37,571 bases of DNA from Welwitschia mirabilis. Lineage: Eukaryota. Position 1 is the stretch's first letter, and every line of letters starts with the position of its first letter. The position numbers and the translations under genes were made by a program. This document shows positions 26,731-37,571 of the stretch, piece by piece. The notes beneath the pieces were generated by a model, which saw only the letters and a list, made by a program, of their open reading frames with translations, searched no databases and was not told the origin of the DNA. The DNA is taken from positions 28,661,090 to 28,698,660 of the forward strand of contig JBOZIK010000001.1 of the NCBI GenBank assembly GCA_051453625.1, read 5' to 3'.

Positions 26731-27300
26731 GTATCAGAACTAGCTATTAAATGCATTTAAATCAAAAGCAAGTGGATTGAATTTGTGATATCAATACCTC
26801 TATTTACTTTTAATTTTTATCTAATACCTATTGGTGCAATTTACTTGCTTTGAAAAGATTAGCTAAAAAGATATACTTGCCTTTTGATCAAAGGAAATAT
26901 TATCTCTAAGGTTTACCCTTATTAAAGTAAGATTATTCATTTTTAGAGGGTAAGATATTATTTCCACTTATTATTTATGTTGTGTACCTTTTTCATTATA
27001 AATTATCTCTTCTTTACCTATTATTTTTTTATGCAATAATTTCCCCTTTCTAGGTCTACCTTCTTATGGTTTGTGCAATCTAGAAGGATTACCACATAGT
27101 AAGAAGCCTTCTGATGTCTTTTTCTTAGGTTCTAAGTGAAGATTCTAAGAATAAACATCACTCTTAATCATTGAGTCTACTCCTTGCACTTTAATTAATC
27201 CTGGAGATTACATATAATGGTCTTAAGTTAAAAGTTTCAAATTTTCAGGTTAAGCAAGGGAATTCCATCAAAATCTAAAGAGAAAAAGTATGTTTTCAAC

Positions 27301-27392
27301 ATGAAATTTTTAAAAGAGGCAATTCAAGAAGGTGTTTAAATTTATAATGAAATTTTTAAAAGAGGCAATTCAAGAAGGTGTTTAAATTTATA
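27301..27392 (+). repeat. Perfect 46-bp tandem duplication
   Basis: atgaaatttttaaaagaggcaattcaagaaggtgtttaaatttata at 27301-27346 and 27347-27392. Confidence 0.95.
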
Positions 27393-30300
27393 ATTCAAGG
27401 ACTAGAGCTGAGTAAATTTCTATTTCTGAATTTGACAAATCAGATTTACTATAATCTTGTAATTTACATTCTAAAACTTTTTCATTCTTTATTGATTCAT
27501 CTTCTAGAATTTTTAAGATTCCTTTTAAAACAAAAGCCACCTCTTCTGTTATAGATCATTCTAGGTTTTATTTAAATTCTTTTGCAAATAAAATTTCAAC
27601 TTCACATTCTTTGAATAGTAAATGTATAAATCAGAATCCTACAACTCCCATAATGTCTATAATTTCTAATGGTTTTCAACCAACTCTCAAGGATAAATAT
27701 GGATCAAAACTTAGAGAAACTCATAATCCTTTTAACCTTCTTATTGAGGATGACATAGAAATTAAAAATCTTAATGCCTATCCCTCTTTCTATGAAGATT
27801 CTCATGAACACATTGTTGTTATTGAATAATTGATGCTTATGTGTAATGAAAAGAAAGCTATAACTAATAGAAACTACATGATAGTGTTCCCTTACACATT
27901 AAATGAAAAAGCAAAGAACTATCTTAAAACCTTACCTCATAAAAGTCTCCAAACTTAAAAGGATACCAAAGATATATTCATCAAATGATTCCTTAGTGGA
28001 AATACTTTTAGACAAAGACATCATGAGGTAATAAATTTTCAATAAAAAGACAATGTGGATTATGCTTTATCTTGGTAAAGATTCCTAATTTTAGTTTTAG
28101 CTAATCTCATAAATGAATTTTAATAAGAAGAATTAATTTATCATTTCTATAATGGCCTCACTAGTGTAATGAAACAAATGTTAGATCTTTTTTATGGAGG
28201 GATTTTATTTCAACACACAACTGGTGAAGCATGGCAACATGTACAAGACCTAGTTGAACTTATCCAAGCATGGCCTAATCCTAGAGAAAGAAAACTATCA
28301 AGTAATCATTAAAAGAAATCCATAATATCAAACATTAAGAGGAAAAACAAAAATAACTCATGTATGAAGATGAAGATAGTAGTGACAATGATAGGCCACT
28401 TGTAAAGAGAATAGTGAAAGTAATCCAAGAGGTGAAATTAGCAAAGGCTCATACCACATTAACTCCTACTTATGAATTATGTAAAGAAAACCACTTAGTC
28501 ACTAAGTGGCCATTTTAAGCAACTGTGAAGGAATTAGTAAGGGAAGAAGCATGTTATGTAAATCAATTAGACCCTAGTCACTACAAAGGGTCTTATAATA
28601 ATGAGAAAACACCTTACCATCAAACATGTCCTTCTTTTAAATTTGAGTATAAACCCTCCTTTAAACAACCATATAACCCAAGATATGGAGGATACAATCA
28701 ATACAAGGAGGATCTAATTAAGAAAGCTATGATAGAGATAAGAAGCACCCATGAACAAAAACATAAGATTATTAAACAAACCCAAAAAAGTATACAAGAT
28801 TTGGCTAGAATTATGCAATAAATTATGTTATTCAACCAAAGACTACAAGGCACATTAGCTTTCAACACATTACCTAACCCTAATGATGTGAAGAAAAATT
28901 GGAAGGTAGTCACTTGAAAAGGCACTACTATTACATTTGAAGAGCCATCTACAAATGATAACATTGAAGGAAAAAAGAATGAATATGTAAAAATACTTAA
29001 TGAGATACACTTTCCTTTCACTTTCACTTCAACCAACAAGAATTAATCGCCAAGCAAAGGAATAAAACATCTTATCCCTTGGTTAAATAGACTTAACTCT
29101 AATCCAACTTATAATGAGTACATCAAAACAATCATGAAGGATGTCAATATCACACTACCATTTTGGCACATACTTCAAGATAACCCTAAGTATGTTAAGT
29201 ATATAAGGACCTTTATAGGAGGAACCAAAAATATACATTATAAAGTAGAGTATTTTTATCCCAATCTATGATCAACTTGGTAATGCAAAAATGTCTAAAA
29301 TTTAAATATTTAGGGGTAGCAACCATTAGTGCAATCTTAAAAAGAAACAAGAAGGTTAAGAAGGATCTTATTGACATAGGTAAAAGTGTAAACATAATGC
29401 ACCTCTATATTTGTAAAATGTTTGTATTAGAAAATTAATTTGAACTGATAACAATTGTCTTCAAAATGGCTGATTCAATATTAAGAAAGCCTATTGGAAT
29501 TATTAAAAGATTTTGTTATCTAAATAGAGGAAGACTATTATGCCATTGATGTCAATTATTGAAATTAATCACAATGGTGGATACCCCTTACTTTTATGTA
29601 GAGTGTTTTGTGCTACTGCCTACTACATTATAGAACCATGCAACTTCATGTAGGTAGTAAAAATATTTAAGTTCAAGTCTTCAACATAGTAGAAAAGGAT
29701 ACAAGGAATTCAAATGATGAGCTAACTAAAAATATTAGATCAATAATATTTGTAGCTCATCATTTACTTGAATTAAAGGCCCTCACCCATGAGCAACCAA
29801 CTCTTTTTGATGATATGAGAAAATTCTTAACAATCTTAGGTAGTCTTAATTCCATCAATCCTTATGAACTTGATAGTAATATAGAACCTTTGATGGAAAA
29901 AACATTTAAGAACATCACAACCCAATACATTAAAAAAGTAAAAGTCGTAGAGATAACGTTTGACGAGGATGGTTATGAAACCCCAAGTAGACATGAAAAA
30001 GTCAACTTTAAGATGAATTTGAAGGAGAATAAGAAGGAATTAAAATATATTTTTATTAACAACAATACTTAAAATCCACTAATCATTAGTAGCCATATCC
30101 ACCCCAAAGCTGAACAAGCATTAGTATCACTCCTCACATCTAAATCTAAAGCTTTTGCTTGGAATCATAAGGATATATCTCTTATTCCTCCATATATTTT
30201 GCAACACAAGACATACCTAGAGGAAAATTCAAAACCCATAAGGTAACCTCAAAGACATTTAAATCCAATACCAAAACAAGTTGTTAAGGATGCGATTATT

Positions 30301-32870
30301 AAATTTTTAGATGCTAACATCATTTACCTTGTAAGCGATACTAAGTGGGTTAGCCCATTATCTTTAATACCTAAGAAAGGTGGTAACTGAAGAGTATGCA
30401 TAGACTTCTAAAGACTTAATGAAGTAACTAAAAAGGATCATTTCACTCTCCCTTTTCTTAATCAAGTATTGGTTAGAATAGAAGGATACACATTTTACTA
30501 TTTCCTTGATGGGGTATAGTCGATACAATCAAGTATGTAATATAAATGAAGATTAAGCAAAAACTACTTTCACCTCCCCTTTTGATACTTATGCTTTTAG
30601 AAGAATTCCTTTTAGTTTATGCAATGCTTCAGGTACCTTTCAATGTGCTATAATGGGAATTTTTATTGACCTAGTATAAAATTCCATCAAAAGTTTCATG
30701 AATGATTTTTTAGTCTTTTGATATTCTTTTGATTAAACATTGAATCATTTAGCACAAGTCTTAGAACAATGAATTGAGAGTGGACTTCAACTTAGTTGGG
30801 AAAAGAGTTGTTTCATGGTTAATGAAGGGATAGTTTTAGGACATCATATTTGAAAGAGAGGTATCCAAATTGACCCATTAAAAATTGATATCATAAAAAA
30901 TATTTATCCTCCTTCTAACATAAAATAACTTCAATCATTTTTGGGACATTATGGATTTTATCATAGATTCATTGAAGGATATGCAAAAATTTGTAAATCA
31001 CTTCATCAACTTTTTGAAAAAGATGTTAAATACGAATGAAGTAATGAATGCTAAAAAACCTTTAAGAATTTCAAAAGCACCATTACCAATGAATCCATAG
31101 TAAGTGGATTAGATTGAAATAAGAACTTCAAATTAAGATGTGACACTAGTAATCTTGATGTAGGTGGGGTGTTAGGATAAAAACATGAGAAGGAGATGAA
31201 AGTAATTAGCTACATTAGTAAAATCCTTTCTGGAGCTTAACTTAACTACATAACTACTAAAAAGGAGATGCTAGTAATTATCTTTTATCTAGATAAACTT
31301 CGTTATTACCTCCTTGATTTTCACACTTATGTTTATATAGATCATGCTACCATTAGATATTTAATAACAAAGAAAGATTCTAGTGCATATCTGATATGAT
31401 GGGTACTTTTCTTATAAGAATTTAATTTAATAATAGTGGATAAAGTAGGAAAACAAAATTTAGTAGCTGATCATATTTTTGGAATTCCTTCTGATACTCC
31501 TCCTAATTCTTCTGATTAATCTATTTATGATGATTTTCCAAATGAACAACTTTTTATGGTTGAACAATTTTATGAAGTATCTTTAAAACAACTTACTCCT
31601 TGGTACATTGATATCATGAATTATTTTGTCACACTTCAAACATATTCTTATTAGAATAAAAACCAACAAAAATCTTTTCTCCATAGGATAGATGACTATG
31701 AATGGATCAAACCTCATCTATATATGTGATGCAAAGATCAAATCATGCAAAAATGTATTCTTGAATGGGAGCAAAAAGATATTCTTCTTTTTTGTCATGG
31801 CAGAGTTTGTGGAAGTCATTTTAGTGGCCAAAAAATTATTATGAAAATCTTACATTTAGGATTTTATCAGTCCTCTATATTCAAACATGCCTTTAACTTT
31901 ACTAGGAAGTGTGATTCTTGTCAACGATCTAGAGGTCTTACTCAAACTTATGACATGACTCTTGCATCTTTCTTAAAATGTGAACCTTTTGATTATTAGG
32001 TTGTAGACTTTGTAGGACCTCTCAAACCCCATTCATGTGGAAAAAATTATATATCAGAAGCAGTCAATTATGTAAAAAAATGGGTTAAAGCTATTCCTAC
32101 ACAGACTTGTGATGCAAAAACTGTTTGCCAATTTCTTAGATCAAACATCTTTCAAAAATTTGGATTGCCTAGGATTTCCATTTCTAATTAAGGTACTCAA
32201 TTTATTAATAATATTCTTAAAAAACTCTTACTTTTAGTTGGGATTCAACATAGAATAGCTAACTCTTACCATCCCCAATCAAATGGGCAAGCTGAAGATG
32301 CTAATCGTGAGATTAAGAAAGTACTCTTCAAACTCTATCATAAATCTCAAAAATCATGGGTACTTCATCTTAATGATGTCCTTTGAGCTTATCATATGAC
32401 TTGGTGTAATTATTTAGGTTTCTCTACTTATGAACTAGTCTATGAGAAAACATGTATGATTCTAGTCGATGTGTGCTATAATTCTTATAAGATAGTTCAT
32501 CACCAACCAAAGTAGAGAATCTCAGTTTCTTGTGCTGATAATTTTCAAACATGATTAATCTAATTGAATCACCTTGATGAAAGGATAATTTAGGCTCTCT
32601 ATCACCAACTTATAGTTAAAGCCCAATACAAACATAAACATGATAAAAACCTTATGCATAAAGACTTTCACCCTAGTTGGTATCTTCTACTCTTTAATGC
32701 TAGAAGTTCATTTAATTCATAACAAACTAACTTCTAAATGGTTAGGTTCATATCTAATTAATAAAGTATATTTAAATAGTTTATTTAAAATTTCTAACCT
32801 AAAAACTAATGAAATAATAATGGATAATGATTAAAGCATTATCAGTCACCTGATAATTACTCTTACTCAG
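27301..32870 (+). pseudogene. gag-pol pseudogene of element A (gag, aspartic protease, RT, RNase H, integrase)
   Basis: gag VFPYTLNEKAKNYLKTLPHKSLQT* (~27885); knuckle YELCKENHLVTKWP (~28471); protease LIDIGKSVNIM (~29367); RT WVSPLSLIPKKGGN*RVCIDF (30346), KDHFTLPF, FMNDF (30695), LSWEKSCFMVNEGIVLGH; RNase H CDTS...GGVLG* (~31139); integrase HHCC (FCHGRVCGSHF...CDSCQR, track ORF 31745-31999), VDFVGP, YHPQSNGQAE; KLTSKWLGSY (track ORF 32640-32834). Many stops and frameshifts; start approximate. Confidence 0.92.
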
Positions 32871-34715
32871 TCAACATGATCGAAGTAGTTGAGTTAGAAG
32901 ATTCTCTTCTTAAAAAAGAGAAGTCTCTATCCTTTGTTATTGTCTAGATGACTTCTTAACTTGATCTATCTTAGATTCATTAAACTACTTAATCATCCTT
33001 TACATGACTAGTGCTCCATCATTAAGATTCATGATGTTTAACAAGTAATAAGTTTGGCTTCATCCAAACTCATGGTATTCAAATACCTATGAATCCTTGA
33101 TGATCATCAATTACCTCATTAGAAAAGTGAAAATACCTTTAAAAGGTAAAAATAAATGGTGTTAATTTCATGGTGTTCTATCGCAAGCACATCAAAGGGA
33201 CAGTTTACTTTCAGGTCCATTTGATTTTGATAGTGTGATATGGTAGCTATGGAGACTTCACCTAGGGGACAATTGGTCATGATCAGGTTTTTGCTTGTGG
33301 ATCCCTTTTTCTATGATAGTGGTTGCATCTCCTTCACCATGAAGAACAATGTCTCTTAACACTCAATTTTCCTCTATAAATAAAACACTAAAAAAAAGGT
33401 TAGGAGAAGGAAGAAAAAGAAAGAAGAAGAAAGATAAAAAGAACTCAAAATTTCTATGAGTACCTTGATGAGCATCTCTTCATAATCACTTACTTCTGAA
33501 TCTATTATCTTTAAAGAATTGTGTCATGTATATATTTTACATTACTTAGTCTACAATTTATCCTTTATGGGTCTTGTTATGTTGGCATCTAGAATAAAAA
33601 GGACCAAACTTCTTGATGTTATTTAAATCCATTTCTTTTATAATTCAATAGTTAAGTAAAAAATTCTCAAAATCAAATTGCATTCTTTTAAAATTCTTAT
33701 TGGGTTTAATTATTTAGCTAAGTCAAGTTATTCATCATGAACTCTATGCATTTTATCATTTAACTACTGGCCTTGATGAATATTATGAACATGCTAGGGT
33801 TTAATTTTTTTTGCATTTCAAATTGCAATGTCTAGTTTTTATGTTTGTGTCACCTCATGACCCATTTTCACCTCAAATTTCTATTGTGTCTAATATTTAT
33901 TAAGATTTTTTTATATCCATATGATTTCTTCACTTTAAATTCTAAACTTATCTTTTGCATGTACATTCTAAGAACCTATTGTTTTAACTATCGTTCCCAT
34001 GATAACAGCCACGATAGTTGTTGAAACTATTGTGTCTCATGTCATCCTTACGATAAAGGAGACAACATTAAATTTCAAGATATGGTAAATTCATTTCATA
34101 AATCATGATCCTTACTCTCCTATCAACCAGAAAACCTAAAGGTAGTTCAATTTGGATTTGTGTAAACTTAAGAAAATACTAAATCACCAAAATTTTCTTA
34201 TACATTCCCATTAGACTCATTCAAGTACTATTTTTGGCTAATTGGGGAACTAGATTATTTAGAGATCACTAACTTAGGATCCATAATTTATTTTTAACTT
34301 TTAGCCTAATTTAATAAAAGTTGTAAAGCCTACCTTCATCATATTAGCATTCTCATAATTTATGATCACAATGTTACATTTCATAATAATTGAATTGATG
34401 ATTGAAATGCCCTCCATTCTTAAGGTAAAATATCAAAATCTAAGTTCAATTTGAATTTGGGGAAGGCTATCATTTTATGTATTATCCCAATAATATAGGG
34501 AATGATGACTGTGATTATTATACTCAGGTAATATATTTTTTTAGAACTAATAATTGATTATTATGTAATAATGATGTCTTTCTTTTATCTTAAAATGCTA
34601 GTTTACCTAGACATGTAATGTAACTTTTTGATTTGATTTTGAGGTTTTCTTCCCCAATAATTTGGCATCATAAATTCCTCTTTCGCTTTGTTTGTTGAGA
34701 GAGCAACAAAATACT

Positions 34716-34728
34716 AGGTGGAAAGCTA
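34716..34728 (+). promoter_or_regulatory. Degenerate polypurine tract of element A
   Basis: aggtggaaag immediately upstream of the 3' LTR TG. Confidence 0.55.
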
Positions 34729-35895
34729 TGTTAAGATCCCAAATTGTCATGTTTTAATGGTGTAATTGGTGATGTTTTGTAGGGAATAGGAACTCAATTC
34801 AATCATTTTTAGGAATTTTTTCATAAACAGATCTAACAATCTAATTATGATCTTAAATGCCATATTTTTATCTAGAAAAACAAGAATATAACCAAGGAAA
34901 AAGTGAAGCAAAAAGAGAAGGAAAACACTAGTAAAATAACTATCATCCCCGATGTCGTCCCCACCACATAGGGCATGATAAAGAAGATGAAGGCATTCAA
35001 TGTAGGCTTATGCAGGCTAACTTGGTGAGGCTAATGTGGCATGTTGATGTGGTTGTCATGGTGTGCATCATCCCCATAACATAGGATACAACATAGCCAT
35101 TAATGTGAGAATTTGAATTCCAATGAATTTCTAATATAGTGGGCTGTGATTGGATGATGAAGCGGTGGTATGTCATATGTCATCCCCATAATTATAGTAA
35201 TGTGATAGTGCCATAACTTCTTCTTAATTAAGTTAATTAAGATCTAATTTATGCCTAATAACATCTCTTCACTTATACCAATCTCCCTGACCCATAACCA
35301 CCCTAGGAAAGCTATAAAAACCTCCATTTAGCATCATTTAGTCATTGTTTTGGTATTGAAGGATTGGTGACAAAGGCATCAAGGGTCCATTTTGGCATAG
35401 GAGAGATTGTTCTTGATGATTAGGTTGTGCTTCTGACATTAAGGAGTTACTACCTTGCTGAGGTATTGTAAGACATTCCATTCAATTAATAAAATGTCTT
35501 TCTTATTCAAATATTATGATTTCTCTTATGGTTTATGTTAAAGTTTGATTAATGCTATTTTCTTATATTAATACTAAATTAGAAATAGGCCACAAGGGTT
35601 GAGTTGGGTAATAAAAACTCAGAAATTTGGTTATCATAGGCTTGCATTTCATCTCTCTTTCATAATTTGCATTGCACATTAAAATAGTTGCATTGTCAAT
35701 TTCCCTTTTTGCATTACAAAAACATAAAAATTGATTTAAACATTAGATTAGAATTAAAAGTCTATTCTTTCTTATTTATGTGCTTGATTAGATTGTTGCC
35801 TTACAATCTCTAGATTATGATATTCATTAAGCCTAGTTGCAATTTCTTTGTTTCAAGCATTGATTACTTTTAAAGTGTAATTTAGGACACCAACA
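34729..35895 (+). repeat. 3' LTR of element A (1167 bp)
   Basis: tgttaagatcccaaattgtcatg...tttaggacaccaaca; collinear with the 5' LTR but visibly diverged. Confidence 0.92.
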
Positions 35896-36242
35896 AAAGA
35901 CTAAAAAATAATCCATGAAATTTGAAATGGAGTTCTCTATAATATTATTAAATATTTCCATTATAGCATGTTGAAAGGTATCTAGGGCATTGCATAAATC
36001 AAAAGGAGTTCTCCTAAAAGCATAAGTATAAAAAGGGGAGATGAAAGTGGTTTTTTGCTTGATTCTCATTTCCAATACATGCTTGGTTATATCCACTATA
36101 ATCATTAAGGAAATGGTAAAATGCATGTTATTATATTCTATTTAAAACTTGATCAAGAAAAGAAAGAGTATAATTATCCTTTTTGATAACTTCATTAAGT
36201 CTATAAAAATCTATGCATACCCTTCACTTACCACCTTTCTTT
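35896..36242 (-). pseudogene. Inverted RT fragment of the same Athila-like family
   Basis: Minus strand reads KKGGK*RVCIDF..., then track ORF 35833-36126 KQKTTFISPFYTYAFRRTPFDLCNALDTFQHAIMEIF...FMDYFLVF; homologous to ~30372-30718. Confidence 0.9.
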
Positions 36243-36342
36243 NNNNNNNNNNNNNNNNNNNNNNNNNNNNNNNNNNNNNNNNNNNNNNNNNNNNNNNNNN
36301 NNNNNNNNNNNNNNNNNNNNNNNNNNNNNNNNNNNNNNNNNN

Positions 36343-37571
36343 ATCTCTTCATAATCACTTACTTCTGAATCTATTATCTTTAAAGCATTGTGTCATGTAT
36401 ATCTTTCACATTAATTAGTTTGATAATTATCTTGTGTGGATCTTGTTAGATTGGCATCTAAAATAAAAGGGATCAACTTTCTTCATGTTATTTAAATTCA
36501 TTTCTTTCATAATTCAATAGTTAAGTAAAAAATTTTTAAAACCAAATTGCATTCTCTTAAAATTCTTATTGGGTTTAATTCTTTAGCTAAGTCAAGTTAT
36601 TCATCATGGATTCTATGCATTCTACCATTCAATTACTAGCCTTGAAAAATATTGTGAACATGCTATGGCTTAATTTTTTGCATTTCATCTTCAATTCTCA
36701 AATTGTAATGTCTAGTTTTTATGTTTTTATTACCTCATGACCCATTTTTACCTCAAATTTCTACTTTACCTCACATTGATTAAGCTTTCCTAATATCCAT
36801 ATAACTGCTTCACTTCAAATTCTGAATTTATCTTATGCATGTACATTCAAAGAACAGGTCATTCCATATGTTGTTCCCATGACCAAGGCCATGACACTTG
36901 TTACAAGACTGTCATGCCTTATGTCATCTCCACAATAAAGGAGACGAAATCAAATTTCAAGTTTTGGCAAATTCACTACATGATTCATGATCCTTACCCT
37001 CCTCTCAGTCAAAAAACTTGAAGGAACTTCAATTTGGATTAGTTTAAAATAGAGAAATTGGCTAAAACTCTAAAAATTTTTTGGACTTCCTCATTAGACC
37101 CCTTCAAATGCTATTTTTGGTCAATTAGAAAAATTAATCCTTCTTACTAAATCCTTCATAGATCACTGAGCTAGGATCCATGATTTATTTTCAAATTTAA
37201 GCCTAATTTAATAAAAATTTTAAAGCCTACCTTCATCGTATTGGCATTTTCAAAATTTATAATCACAATGTTAAAATTCATAAAAATGAAATTTATGATT
37301 GAAATGCCCTCCATTTTTGAGATCCAACTTCAAAATCTAGGCTCAACTCAAATTAGGAAAGGCTATTGTTTTGACTTTCATCCCCATGACATATTTTTGC
37401 ACTTGGTTGTTTTATATGGTCATGTCCCCTATCGTCCGCATGACTTGGCAAGTGACACATATGTTATTGCTAAAGTTGTCCCATGACATGATGGATAACA
37501 ACATGATAGATTTTTTTATAAACCCCTCTTTCTCCCTCATTTTCATACCAACTATTATGCCACTTATCTTC
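36343..37571 (+). mobile_element. Third Athila-like family copy: 3' internal non-coding region
   Basis: 36343-~37372 is collinear with 33474-~34476 (begins atctcttcataatcacttacttctgaatctattatc), then continues with additional hairpin-motif copies. Confidence 0.85.

Larger units (their letters stand above)
25518..35895 (+). mobile_element. Structurally complete, degenerate Athila-like Ty3/gypsy element A (~10.4 kb)
   Basis: Two homologous direct LTRs (TGTT...AACA), tRNA-Asp PBS, domain order gag-PR-RT-RNaseH-INT, no chromodomain, ~1.8 kb 3' internal region, PPT-like tract. No target-site duplication. Confidence 0.93.

Noticed and set aside
32870..34715. Sense-strand env-like ORF expected in some Athila elements
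   Set aside because: No + strand ORF of 60 aa or more in the track and no recognisable remnant.
25513..35900. Target-site duplication for element A
   Set aside because: The flanks tcctt and aaaga are not direct repeats.
7205..36242. Fungal RIP as the cause of the C>T excess
   Set aside because: The elements are plant lineages (Athila-like with plant tRNA-Asp PBS, Tekay-like), and changes include CG and CHG sites and not only CpA.
366..36418. Long ORFs in the supplied track (366-1052, 2353-3177, 15485-16239, 20626-21538, 36149-36418)
   Set aside because: They are read-through of N gaps (poly-X) and not genes.

Overview
AT-rich eukaryotic DNA, almost certainly land-plant heterochromatin or intergenic sequence, with six N gaps and no intact protein-coding or RNA gene. 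It is a cluster of decayed retroelements. From left to right: unclassified AT-rich DNA with (TA)n and a purine tract (1-4655); a degenerate L1-type LINE (~4740-7020); a Ty1/copia element with 5' LTR, protease, integrase and RT (7205-~10123), broken off at its YVDD motif by an Athila-like Ty3/gypsy element B (LTR, tRNA-Asp PBS, gag-protease; ~10124-13933); two tandem copies of an internally deleted chromovirus (Tekay/Del-like) with ~2.5 kb LTRs carrying a 9-unit repeat array (13942-18623 and ~19400-25469); a structurally complete but dead Athila-like element A (25518-35895) with no target-site duplication; an inverted RT fragment of the same family (35896-36242); and a third copy of its 3' region (36343-37571). 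All coding remnants carry many C>T/G>A-type stops. I found no clear new biological system. The best leads are in the Athila-like family: an RT lacking the usual angiosperm Athila insertion, a candidate spliced antisense extra ORF downstream of pol, and a dispersed CpG-rich hairpin motif seen only in non-coding parts. All assignments come from reading motifs by eye; no database search or alignment was run.
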